NCBI RefSeq assembly: GCF_016433145.1
Contig: NC_058130.1
Location: 342,341,974 to 342,405,973, forward strand
Length of the DNA: 64,000 nucleotides
Origin: Gracilinanus agilis
Lineage: Eukaryota
Direction: 5' to 3'
Every line of letters begins with the position of its first letter. The stretch's first letter is position 1. Shown here piece by piece: positions 49,295-61,800 of this stretch. Made by a program: the position numbers and the translations under genes. Below the pieces are notes generated by a model. It ran no database searches, had not been told where the DNA came from, and worked only from the letters and a program-made list of their open reading frames with translations.

Positions 49295-49814
49295 TTGCCC
49301 ATTGCTGATTTTCTTACAGAAAATCTTCATAGAAATTAATAAAACAGTCCTGCCCTACTATTGCCTATCTAGCTAGTCTCTAGCCTCAGCAGTATAATAA
49401 GAACTAGCAGTTATGCAAATTTAATCAACTAAGTCTTGTCAACATAGCTGGTAAGCATCATCACCCACCTTTTGCAGAGAAGGAAAGTGGACCATGGACA
49501 GAACTTAGATAATTCAATCATTATTTGCTAAGGACTTTATCCACCACATGGTAAGAGTTTTAAAACAAAATGCTTAAACCTTGAAACTGACTTGTGAGAA
49601 TTCAGAGAATTTCATAAAAAGATTTCTTCTTTGTCCTTAATTTACTTCAAAGCATTTGGTGAGGGGATGAATTTACCTCAGGAATGTGTGGGATGCAATA
49701 TGCCATATTTGTAGCAATTACTAGGTAGAAGGAGAAGAATTAGAAAAAAGAGTAGTGGCTTCCAATTCATTGTCAAAATTATGTTTTCTTGGATGTAGAC
49801 ACTAAACAATAACT

Positions 49815-50030
49815 CTAGTCCAACTATCAATAATATGGAATTAGGTCTTGATCAATGATACGTGTAAAACCCAGTGGAATTGTGCATTGGCTAAGGGGGT
49901 CTGGGAGGGATTGGGGGAGAGGGAAAGAAGGTGAAATATGTAACTGTGGGAAAATATTCAAAATAAAAATAAATAACAAAGAAATAAAGAAATAAACAAA
50001 AATAAAAACAGTGAATAAATGATTTTTAAA
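49815..50030 (+). mobile_element. Opossum-type L1 extreme 3' end with A-rich tail
   Basis: aataatatggaattaggtcttgatcaatgatacgtgtaaaacccagtggaattg...aaaatattcaaaataaaaataaataacaaagaaataaag. Confidence 0.88.
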
Positions 50031-50223
50031 AATTATGTTTTCTTGTTTTACTTGAAGTATGCCACTTTTAGAGCTTTTCACTTCTATCTGATGAAAATGG
50101 GAGAAATCGAAATTATAGGATGGTCTCCTGGATAAGATAAGGTCATGTAGCTGATGTATTTATATTCCCAATGTGATTCTTTTAAAAAAAAACAAACACC
50201 TTAAACTATGTAGAATTAGTTTT

Positions 50224-50855
50224 AAAATCAAATTTATTTAATTAATTAAGAATATTTTTCCATAGTTGCATGATTCATGTTCTTTCCCTTCCCTCTTCCT
50301 TATCCTCTCCCAGAGCTGACTGTCAATTCCTCTGGGTTTTACATATATCATTGTTCAAAACCTATTTCCATATTATTAATATTTGCAATAGAGTAATTGT
50401 TAGGGTCTACATCTCCAATCATATCCTGATTGACCCATGTGATAAAGCAGTTGTTTTTCTTCTGTGTTTCTACTCCCACAGTTCTTTCTCTGGATGTAGA
50501 TAGTGTCCTTTTTCATATGATTGTCCTGGATCACTGCATTGCTGCTAGTAGAGAAGTCTATTACATTCGATTGTGCCATAATGTCTGTAAACAACATTCT
50601 CCTGGTTCTATTCCTTTCACTCTGCATCAATTCCTGGAGGGCATTCCAGTTCACATGGAATTCCTCCAGTTCATTATTCCTTTCAGCACAATAGAATTGC
50701 ATCATCATCAGATGCCATGATTTGTTTAGCCATTCCTCAATCAATTGACACCCCCTCATTTTCCAGTTCCAGCAATGCCACTACTGGGTTTGTACCCCAG
50801 AGAAATAATAGGGAAAAATACATGCACAAAAATATTTATAGCAATGCTTTTTGTA
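50224..50855 (-). mobile_element. Opossum-type L1 3' end with 5' inversion (50769-~50854)
   Basis: Minus-strand L1 3'UTR to 50768, then a plus-oriented L1 segment ccagcaatgccactactgggtttgtacccc...atatttatagcaatgcttttt. Flanks tgtagaattagtttt / tgtagaagtattttt. Confidence 0.88.
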
Positions 50856-51237
50856 GAAGTATTTTTTAAAAAGCAAAAAATAGTCAAAGAAAATCCAAAT
50901 AAAACAATACAATTTGACATTAAACTGGGCCATTGATTCTTCTATGTTGAACAGACCCTATAGTTGGATATCAAAACATAAACCAGAATTAAATGGGAAA
51001 AAGAGAACAGACTAGATTATATTTGGGAATTTAGGTAGTTCTTTGAATAGCCTCCAGCTCCAATTTGAAACAGAAACCTTTTTCCTAATATCTATAATTT
51101 TCCAGTGGTGAGATGAATGTAAATCATAGAACATCAAAATATCCCCCCAAAATCAAAATTTGAGATATCACAAAAAAAACCAATGGAGAGAAGTAAAACA
51201 GGCATAAACAGATTACAGCATATTAACTATGATCATG

Positions 51238-51690
51238 ACAGGTAGGTGATACAGTGGACACAGTACTAGGCCTGGAATCAGGAAAACACATCTTTCTGAG
51301 TTCAAATCTGGCTGCAGACACATACTACTTGTGTTACCCTGGGCAAGTAACGTAACCCTGATTGCTTCGGTCTCCTCACATATTTTTTTTTAAACCCTTA
51401 ACTTCTGTGTATTGGCTCCTAGGTGGAAGAGTGGTAAGGGTGGGCAATGGGGGTCAAGTGACTTGCCCAGGGTCACACATCTGGGAAGTGTCTGAGGCCG
51501 GATTTGAACCTAGGACCTCCCGTTCTAGGCCTGACTCTCAATCCACTGAGCTACCCAGCTGCCCCCTAGTCTCCTCACATATAAAATGAACTAGAGGAGG
51601 AAATGGTAAGCCACTCCAGGATCTCTGCCAAGAAAACCTCAGATGGAATCATAAAGAGTTGGACATGACTGAAACAAATGGACAACAACA
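51238..51690 (+). mobile_element. MAR1-type SINE interrupted by a young SINE1
   Basis: ggtaggtgatacagtggac...[SINE1]...aaaatgaactagaggaggaaatggtaagccactccagg...aagagttggacatgactgaaacaa. Confidence 0.85.
51384..51566 (-). mobile_element. Young SINE1_Mdo-type SINE, deletion subfamily, 14-bp TSD
   Basis: GTCTCCTCACATAT at 51370-51383 and 51569-51582. Confidence 0.95.
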
Positions 51691-51789
51691 ACCGTGATGA
51701 ATTGCAAAAAAGAATTAGAGTAAAAAAATATAGAGGGACAAATAGAAAAGGAGGTGGGTCAGACATATAGCAAAAATAAAAAAATCAAT

Positions 51790-52345
51790 TAATGATTAAT
51801 CAATAAGCATTTATTAAACATTTACTATACAAAAATAAACATGAAACAATGTCTGTTTGCCAAGAAGCTCACATTTGATCAGAGGAAACTATATATGCAT
51901 CTGGGTAAGAACAAAATACTTGTAAAGTAAGTAATAGGTTAATTGGGAATGGTGGAGGCACTAGCACCTGGGAGAGGGGGAAACAGCCTCTTGTAGGAAG
52001 GTGCACTTGAGCTGATCTTTGAAGGAAGCTTAGGGTTCTAAGAGGCAGAGATGAGCAGGGAGTGTATTCTGGACATGGAGATAGAGATGGAATATTTGAG
52101 TAATGGCAAACGGTCAGTTTGTCTGGACTATAGAAGAGTTGAGTCATGTACCATATTTGGGAAAATAATTTAGAGCCACATTGTGGCCTATGGGAGCTCT
52201 TGAGGAGAGTAAAATGTGCTTTAGAAATTGTCTTTTTATTGCTGTGAAGAGGATGGATTGAAGAGAGGAGAGACTTAATGCAGGGGAACCAATTAAAAGA
52301 TTATTGTAATAGACTAAGCAAGAGGTAACAAGGGCCCAAGTTAGG
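51790..52345 (-). mobile_element. L2 LINE 3' end
   Basis: caatcaataagcatttattaaacatttactat...ggtgcacttgagctgatctttgaagga...ggaaccaattaaaagattattgtaatag. Confidence 0.85.
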
Positions 52346-52419
52346 ATAATTAGTGAGAACCCTGTGTTGTTTTGATCCCCACATAATGCTGTGATCTAGA
52401 AGAAAGCTCTCCCCAGGGA

Positions 52420-52652
52420 CAGCTAGGTGGTAAAGTGGTTACAATGCTGGAAGACCTGAGTTCAAATCTAGATTCAGACACTTACTAGCTGTGTAACCCT
52501 GGGTAAGTAATTTAATTTCCTTTTGTCTTAGTTTCCTCATATGGAAAATGAGGAGAGTGATAATATCTACCTCTAAGAGTTTTTATGAAAATAACATGAG
52601 ATGATATATGTAAAGCATTTTTCAAGCTTTAAAGTTCTATATAAATGCTGGC

Positions 52653-52708
<56 letters not shown>
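52420..52708 (+). mobile_element. MIR with expanded (ATT)n tail
   Basis: cagctaggtgg...gagttcaaatctagattcagacacttactagctgtgt...aaatgctggctattatt; (ATT)n at 52653-52708. Confidence 0.85.
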
Positions 52709-52712
<4 letters not shown>

Positions 52713-53689
52713 TGGTGGAGGACCAGGATCAGCCTCATAGGATGACGTCTAGATGGGTCACAACCTGAATGACTGGAGGGAACTCCCTTGTTGATGAGAT
52801 ACCAGCTCCACTGAACCACTGCAGTCTAAGTTGAGGGTTCATTATAAACAAATACTTATTTATACATAGCCTGTCTCTATTCTTGAGTATTTAAGCTGAG
52901 ACCTTTGTTGCAGAATGACTCCATTACTGTTTTCTCAATTGTTTCCATTTTAGGAAGAAAAATTACCACAAACAACTCAATGAAAACAAACATCTAAAGG
53001 GGGAAAAAAGGCATTTTTGATGAATCACAGAACAAACATCAGAGCTGGAACGTACCTTAGAGGCATCTTATCCAACCCACACATTTTATAGATGAGAAAC
53101 CTGAGGTTCAGAGACATGAATCAGTTAGTTCAAAGTTACACAGGTGGTAAATAGAAGTGCCAGGATTCAAACTCAGGTCTTTCTTTTTGTCCTTACCTAC
53201 TTAGTATGATATCTGGAGCATAGTAAGTATGTAACAAAGGCTTGTTGAATTGGGGAAATTCTAACTCCAAATGAAGTGTTCTTTTCATAATTCCCATTCT
53301 GTATCTTGCATAGTATCTGAATCTGCAGAGATTGCTTCTTCCTATCAAGCTAGGTACACATTTGGTATTTTAGATCTATTTACCTGCTCTTTTAAAATAA
53401 AACTTTGGCTTAGTTCACCCCTTGGAGTACAAGATCTAATTGTATACCTTTATGGGGGTGCCAGGGTGCCAGGGTGAACTTTATTGCTTTAAGCCAAGTT
53501 CTTTGGCTATGTTGGAAAAAAGCAGAGGAACATGTGTCAGCCATCAGCCAGGTACATCTTTCCAAAGTGCTAGGACTACTGGGTAGACGAATTTCTATAC
53601 TGCAGTGCCAAAGGAAGCCTTCTCAAGGTTCTAGGCATATCTCCTTCTTTTAAAGATTTTCTTTTATTTTTTAAATGAGCAAAAATGTA

Positions 53690-53820
53690 TCTCTGTCTCT
53701 GTCTTTCTCTTTCTCTCTCTGTTTCTGTCTCTCTCCTCACCCTCTCCCTCCCTCCCTTTCCCTCTTTTTCTCTTTCTCCTTCCCCCTCTCCCTGTCTCCA
53801 TCTTTTTCTTTTACCTCACC
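53690..53820 (+). repeat. TC-rich polypyrimidine low-complexity tract
   Basis: ctctgtctctgtctttctcttttctctctctg... Confidence 0.85.
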
Positions 53821-54350
53821 CCAATTAGGAAAAAGAAAAAGTAACTTATAACAAATTGACATAGTTAAGCAAAAAATTCCAATATTACTATGTCCAAAAA
53901 TATATGTCTCTTTCTGGGCTTTGAGTCTATCACCTCTCTGTGAGGAGGTGGGTAGAATGCACCATCATGGGTCCTTGGAATCCTGGCTCAACATTGAGTG
54001 ATCACTTCAGTCTTTTAAATACATTTGTCTTTACCATGTTGCTGTTACCATATGAATTGTTATCCTGGTTCTGCTGGCTTCACTTTGCATCTGTCCATAC
54101 AGGTTTTTCTGAAGTCATCACTTTTATTATTTCTTATAGCGAATGGTTTTCAATTATATTCATATGCCATAATTTGTTTAGTCATTTTTCAATTATGAGT
54201 ACTTCCTTAGTTTACATTTTTAAATTTTTTTATTTAAATTCTTTATTTTGAATATTTTCCCATAGTTACATGTTTCATGTTCTTTCTCTCTCCCCCAAAC
54301 CTCCCCACCCTCATAGCCAACTTTAGTTTAATTTTTTGCCACTACAAAAA
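53820..54350 (-). mobile_element. Old L1 3' UTR followed by a short opossum-type L1 tail (~54235-54320)
   Basis: gagtctatcacctctctgtgagg...cataatttgtttagtcattttt, then tttattttgaatattttcccatagttacatg. Confidence 0.65.
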
Positions 54351-55864
54351 GAAGCATGAATCAGTTTAATTCCCTTTAGGAGAGAACCATTATTCACCTT
54401 CCAGGGGTGGTGTGCTGGGTTTCTCTTTCCTTTACCAGAAGAACAAGACCTCTCCATTGCTAGAAGATGGGAAAAAGCATTTACATAGCATTACTATGCA
54501 CCAAGAACTGTCCTAAGTGCTTCACAAATACCTCATTTGAGACTCACAACTCTGTGAAAAGAGGTATTATTATTAATTCCATTTTGCAGTTAAGGAAACT
54601 GAGGCAAGCAGAGCTGAAATGACTTGCCTAGGGTCACATAGCAAATAAGTGTCTGAGGCTAGATTTGAATTCAATTCTTCTGACTCCAGGCCCAGCATTT
54701 CTTTTCACTGTATCACCTAGCTGTTTGCTAAAATGAGCAAGTTATCATCACCTACAATCCTTCCAATCAGTGGTGATTCTTTGATTCCCACCATTTGCTT
54801 TGTCATTGTTTCTAAGGTCTACAGGGCCTTACCATCTGCCATAGCATTATACTCTCCAGACTCCAAGAGCTTGCCATCTGACTTTGGCAGTAAATATCTC
54901 TGGGTTTTCTATTCATCCTGCATTTGATTCTCCTTCTGTTGTCTTTCCCAATTAGAATGTGAGCTCCTCAAGAGCAGGGACTGCCCCACTTCTTTATTTG
55001 TGTCCCCAGCATTTAGCATAATATTTTGTTCTTCAGCCATTTTAGGGGTGGCCAACCCTTTGAGATCCCATCTGCATGGGATTTTTTGGAGTTGTTTGCC
55101 ATTTCCTGCTCCGGCTCATTTAACAGATGAGGAAACTGAGGCAAACAGGGTTAAATTATTTGCCCAGTGTCCCACAGCTAGTAAGTATTTGAGGCCAAAT
55201 TTGAACTTGTGAGGATGTCTTCCTGACTTAAAGGCTCAGCATTCTGTCCACCCTGGACCTTTGAACTGCTCTTAGCAGCCCAAGAGTAGGGGCTAAAGCA
55301 TTGCATAGTGGGAGTAAAGGCAAGATTGGTCATAGGATAAGGGAACAAGAGAATTAAGAGAATTGGATAGTATAGAACTGAACTGACTCACCAAAGGGTC
55401 TAAATTAGGAAAGGAGAGTTTTAGCTAGTACAAGGAAAGAAATGAAGGGTTGAACAATTGGAGGGCATTGTGTGAATGAATAAATGAATGAATAAGAAGA
55501 AATGGAATGAAGAAAAGAGTTTGAAGTTGCAAGGACAAAGGGAAAGGTAAAATGATAATAGATTGAGCTAAGATCAGGGTATTTCAGAGTTCTTGAATAT
55601 TGGAATTGGTACATTTGTGACAGTTAGCAAGATGAAGATTATGTCTATCTTTGTATGAATCTAAATCAGTATTACCAAGGATATTTAATTTTCCAAGAAA
55701 GAGTCCTATGGTGTAAAAATACAGGACCCAGGGAGATCTGTTTTCAAATCTAGCCTTTGAGACAAACTAACTTATGACCACGAGACACTTAATTTCTATA
55801 AGCCTCAGTTTCCTCAATTATAAAATGGGGAATAATATTATTTCTGCTATCTCATAGGATTGTT

Positions 55865-57000
55865 CTCTTAAGGCTTCAAATATTACTTTTATGTGGATAA
55901 TTCCCCAAACAATATCCCTAATCAGACCTTTCTCAACCAGCTCCAGGCCCACAATGTCAACTGTCTACTTTGCATCTTTACTTCAAAATTAGACTAATCT
56001 TCCCCTCCCCACCATCCATTCCTCTTTTGACAAGTCTATTTCTGACAATGACACTATCGTTTATCCAGTCACCTGAATTGGAAGTTTTAGTTTTAGTTTT
56101 GACTCTTTCTTCTACTTCAACTACCATATCCAATACTTACCAAGTCCTGTCACTTTTACATCTTTAAGATTTCTCATGTCTGTGCTCTCTTCCCTATTCC
56201 CACTATCATTATCCTAGATTTTTATCATCTACCAGGACCACTGCAGTGGTCCTGCACTACACAAATCTCTCCTCATATAGGCTTCTCCCCCTCCAATTCA
56301 GACTTGCTACTATTGCTGGATTATTCTCCTTCATGCACAAAAACTGATCATGTCACTTGTATTTCTGCTCAGATTTCTTCAGGACCTTTCTGTTCATTAA
56401 AATGTGAAGTCCTTAGATTGGCATTCAAGGCCATTTACATTTTGGCACCATTACATCTTCCCATTGCTATGTAACATCACTTCTCTCTCCACAATTGACA
56501 CTAACCCAATTGGACAATTCACTATTTTACATACATACCAATATATATATGTATATATATATATATGTATATACACATGTATATACATATATATATATAC
56601 ATACACACATATACATATATAACTCTTGCTCTTCTGACTCTTTGCCTTTTCTTATCCTGTTCTCTATGGCTATAATTCCTTTAACCTCAATTTTGCATTG
56701 TTGAATTCCTACCCATCTTTTAAGACCCAGTTTGAGTACCATCTCTATCATTTAGGCAGAAGTGATATTATCTTTTTTTTAACCCATACCGTCTTAGAAT
56801 CAATACTAATAGTCAGTTCCAAGGCACAAGAGGGGTAAGGAATAGACAATTGTGGTCAATTGACTTGCCCAGGGTCACACAACTTTCTATCCAGTGAGCC
56901 ACCTAGCTACTCTGATATTATCTTTTTTGGACCTCTAATAGCACATTGTATTTCTTTTATGCATTCATCACAATCTGTTTTCCATTGTGGTGACTTGTGA
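55865..57000 (+). mobile_element. L2 LINE 3' region with (TA)/(CA) tract and a SINE1-like insertion (~56775-56890)
   Basis: ggataattccccaaac...gacctttctcaaccagctccagg...ctgatcatgtcactt...ggcattcaaggcc...ttttaagacccagtttgagtacc. Confidence 0.8.
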
Positions 57001-60000
57001 ATGATATCCTTTAATGAAGTCCTCTTCCAGCACTTTTCTTAGTGTGGCAGTAATGAAGGTTTCTTGACATTATGCCAGAAAAGGACCTATGTCAGGAAGA
57101 TGCTATTAAACTGTATTAGTGTATAATAATAATAATAATAGCAGCAATACATATTTTCATATGATTCTCATAATACCTCCTATAAAGAAGACACTATTAT
57201 TTACCCTATTTTATAGAAGAGAAAACGGAGATTAGAGTCTATGTGCTTGCATGGTATCACACAGCCAATAAGTATCTAAGACTAGATTTGAACTCAGATC
57301 TTTCTCACTCCAAGTCCAGCACTTTATTATGGACTCAGGTAAGTGTGAGCCTGAGTATGGATGAATGCCTTTTATTCAATAACCAATGGATTGCAAAGTC
57401 ATTAAATTGTAAGCTCCTTGAGGGCAGCTATTGTCTTTGACTTTTTATTTCCTCAGGGCTTAGTATAGTGTGCTGTACATAGTAGGTGCTTAAGTGTTTA
57501 TTGATTTATGAGAGGCCACACAGAAGGATGGCCATTAGGTAATGGATTATTTGATTGTAGGGATTCATGAAACAAATATAAATACATAATGACAGTTAGC
57601 ATTATACTATCCCTTTGGGATACTGGAGGGAGCACCTGTACTGTTCTTTCAAAGTATGGCTGGAAAGATGTTGAGGTCCTCTGCTAGGCTTCAAACTCAT
57701 TAGAATAGTGCTCATATTGAACTTATCTTTGTCTCCTCCTCTTGTCTGGTATAGACTGTGAGCATATTCATTACCTGTGGATGTTGATTAAACTATATTA
57801 TATTTAATTGAATAGAATGATGATTCAATATAGGAGAGTGAAAAGAATGCTAGCTGGAAATGTGTGAACTAGATTCTAGTTTCCCCTCTATGAGAAGCAG
57901 TTATGTAACTTGGGGAAGATACTAGGCAGCTTCTTTGGGCTTTGTTGTTGTTCATTCATTTTGTGCTCCATGACCCCATGGATCATAACAATCCACAGAG
58001 TTTTCTTGTTAACCATGCTGGAGTGGTTTACAATTTCCTTCTCCAGGGGATCCAGAGGCTCAGGCAATAAGAGGTTAAGTGATTTGCCCGGGGTCACAAA
58101 GCTAGGAAGTGTCTTATTCTAGATTTGAACTCTAGTCCCAGTGCTCTTAACCACTGAGTCACAGCTGTCTCTCTTGGGGCTATAATATACTCAATTGTAA
58201 AATGATAGGGCATTGTGATTGGCATCAGGTAGACTTGGTTTTAAATTCTACATCAGATACTGACTAGCTGTGAGACCTGGACAAGTCACTTGAGCACCTT
58301 GTACCTGGGTTTCCTCATCTGTAAAATTAAGAGGTTTGGCTTACTGGTCTTTATGGTCCCTTCCAACTTTGTCTATGATTTTAGGCCTTATGATCCAATG
58401 GCTAAAATTTCTCAGATGTCCATTCTATCTATGATGCGATACTAACAACTATGAAAAAGTTGCCAGCTCACCTGTTATGATTGCTTCCCGGTTTGAGGCA
58501 GGCAATAGTTATTATTCCTCTTCTAGTCATTTTCTCAATTGGATGTGTATCTGTGTTTATTTTTCTTTTTTCAAAGGAGTGGGAATAGGGACTAATAGTC
58601 ATGCTTCAGGGTAGATGGTATTTTGCCCCTTTCTGGGCTAAGGTAGACTTTGAAGAGTGAAATGCTCCTTGAATGGAAGAAAATACACAATTTGACAGAA
58701 GAAAAGCAAGGTGTTTCTAGTCAACATTTTCCATTAACTCCTGTTACCATGTTGAAAACATTTGTTTAGTGCCTTCTCCATTTCAGTACTTCCTTTCAGG
58801 ACTATGAATCTTTATAAGTAGGTAGAACGGCTTTTTACTTCATTCATAAATTGATAAACATTAAGTCCCTACTATGTGTCAGACACTGTGCTAAGTACTG
58901 AAGATATGAAAAGAATCAAATTAAGGCTCATTTGTCTAATTATTTTATCACATCTTAAGAGGAAAATATTCTACTTTTAAAGGAAAAAGATAAATCATTT
59001 CAGTATCAGTCTATGTCATAGAACAAAATTTCCTTAATAAACACAGAAAAAGCAGAAGCCATAGTTGGAAAAAAATCCACAAAAACACACCAAAGTCATA
59101 TATGTTGTTGTTGTTCAGTTGCTTCTGTCTTATCTGACTCTTCATGACCCCATTTGGCAAAGATACTGGAGTGGTTTGCTATTTTCGTCTCTAATTCATT
59201 TTACAGATGAGGAAACTGAGGCCAACAGGGTTAAGGGACTTGCCCACGGTCACATAGGTAAGTGTCTGAGGCTAGGTTTGAGCTCAAGAGGATGAGTTTT
59301 TTCCAATTCCAGGGCTAGTGCTCCATGCACTATGACATCACTTGGCCACTGAAGTCACTTTTTAAAAAATAGTCATCACTTTTATTTAAGTGTTGTCTCC
59401 ACTATTTAAGGTAGTTCTTTCTAGAGCTATCTTGACTTTGGATTACATCTATGAAAATATGAAGGATCCATGATTTCCCAAGTTTGTCTTTTGTTCAGGA
59501 TTTACATTACAGCCTAAAAATCACGACAAAGAAAACAAATGTCTTAGGAATTTCTGTAAACATATTTAATGGAAATATGTTTCCAATGTGAGTGGGTGGG
59601 AGTGTGAAAGAATGAAAAAGGATTGTTATGATCTTGGGAAGTACTTGAAAACTGAAGATGACTGCAATGTGTTGAAAAGTTGAAGTATTTCCACTTTACA
59701 ACTATTTGTCATTTTGGCCTTCCTTTTTGGCAATCAGAATCTTGGTGTTAATTTGAATATTTGGAAAGAAAAATTGCTAAATTTGATGGGTGGAGTTTAA
59801 AGTCCAGAGATTCACCTTTCTTAACAATTTTTACCTTTAAAAACAATATGCACAATGACTACTTGTAAAGTAATTTGAACAATAATTACAAAATGATTGA
59901 CTAAATATTGTAAAATTATAAAGAAGCTTAGTCCTGAAGAAGACCTATAAGAGAGATACCTTCCTATATTCCTTGACAGAGGTCACGGTACATAGATATG

Positions 60001-60034
60001 GAACATAGCATAGTGTGCCATTTTTATTGCTAAT

Positions 60035-60185
60035 TGCTCAAGACAGAAGAGCAGTAAGGGCTGGGCAATTGGGGGTAAGTGACTTAACCAGGGTTACACA
60101 GTTAGGAAGTATCTGAGGCCAGGTTTGAACTCAATACCTCCTTCCTGTCTCCAGGCCTAGTTCTCTATCCACTGAGCCTCATGTG
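60035..60185 (-). mobile_element. SINE1-like SINE fragment
   Basis: caagacagaagagcagtaagggctgggcaattgggggtaagtgactt...ctatccactgagcc. Confidence 0.8.
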
Positions 60186-60739
60186 CTAATTGTTTTGATG
60201 ATTTTTTTTCCTCTTTAAATAATTCTTTGTTTATAAAAATGGCTCTTTGTGAGGGGGGAGGAGGAGAACCGCCAGGCAATGTAAAAATAAAAAAAAAATC
60301 AATAAAAGTCTATAGAAAACTATTCTTATCTTTAAATCCTTTTTTTGATTTTTGAATCATGTCCAACTCTGTGACTCTGTTCTGGGATTCCCTTGACAAA
60401 AATACTGGAGTGGTTTGCCATTTCCCTCTCCAGAGAGGAACTGAGGCAAACAGGGTTAAAAAACTTGCCCAGAGTTACACAGTTATGAAGTGTCTAAGGC
60501 CAGAATCATACTCACGAAGATGAATCCTTCCTGTTTCCAAGCCCAAACGCTCTATCCACTGTACCACCTATCTGTCTCCTAAATCCTTCAAACCAAGGAT
60601 TCTTTACCTGAGGTCTATGGGCTTTTTTTCCTGGTAAATATTTAATAACTATATTTCAACATAACAAACCATAATCATATGGTTTCTTTGTAATCTTATG
60701 TATTTTATTTTACACATTAAAAAGCAAAAAAATATATAA

Positions 60740-61800
60740 TCCAAAATGCTGGCTCCCTCCAATTTATTTCTGAATTTGACTCAATGCCCATGTACCATGT
60801 CTATCCAAAATGTACCCATTGATGAACTCATTCCAGGGGTTGCCCTTCTAATTACATGTCACCATATGGGCAGTGATGCATGCTTCATCCATTTGGTTTT
60901 ACTTGAGTGGATTGCTAGGAGTATTCCTTCTGTATGCTTAGATCTCATTGAGAAGGACACGTAGTATTCTAAAACTCAGTGTAGTCAGCATAATGTCATC
61001 TGCAAATGTGAGGATCTTCAGAATCCCTCCTATTTGGGCTTTGTTTAGGAGATTCACCATGGCAGCAGCGGATGTCTTTGGCAAGCATTTCTCTTTTATG
61101 AAGCGTTTGATGTTGATACTCAGATGATCATTGAACACTGTTATCTCTGGGGTTGCATTTTTCAAGAGAACTAGTTTGATTTTAAAATTTATGTAGGCAA
61201 TGTTGGAGAAGGGCCTTTAAGGGTAATTTTTCTCTTGTGCTTTTTTTTTGTAATTAAAAACAAATGATGGGATCTTGTATTTTTCATATTTCTATAGGCA
61301 GTGGTATACTATAAAGAAGTAGTCTACTCTAAGAAATCATTCCTGAGAGTCTATCTTCTCTAGAATTTTCGTCAAGAATACTCTAGTGCATGCATAGACA
61401 ATTCTCACAGAGATTTCAGCACACTTGTAAAATAAGCCCATGGATCAGTAGTTGTGTATGTCATCCTCATCACCATTTAGAGGTATTAATTAACATTTTT
61501 CTTCCTTTCTTTAGGAATCTTCAACAGTTTAAGGTATCTTGAAAAAACAACCCCCATATGCCTTTAAAACTGTGTAAACTTCAGCCCGAGTGTTTACTTT
61601 ATCTATTTATTTGGTCAGATCAAATACTTTTTCCCAGTTTCTTCTAGTAAAGGGTCATTTCCACTTCCTCACATAACATATCATTTCTTGGATGGTAAAG
61701 TCCAAATGTGGTGGTCCATCTTTCCTTGTGATGAGAATAGATTGCATTCCAATCTTTCCTTGACAGTAAGTTTTTAAATTTTTGGCTTGCCAGTCTCCAG
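60740..61800 (-). mobile_element. Ancient RTE-clade LINE fragment with reverse-transcriptase domain
   Basis: Minus translation NATPEITVFNDHLSINIKR...ILTFADDIML...LLNEI...IHSSKTKWMK. The FADD catalytic motif lies within 60989-61015. Confidence 0.88.
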
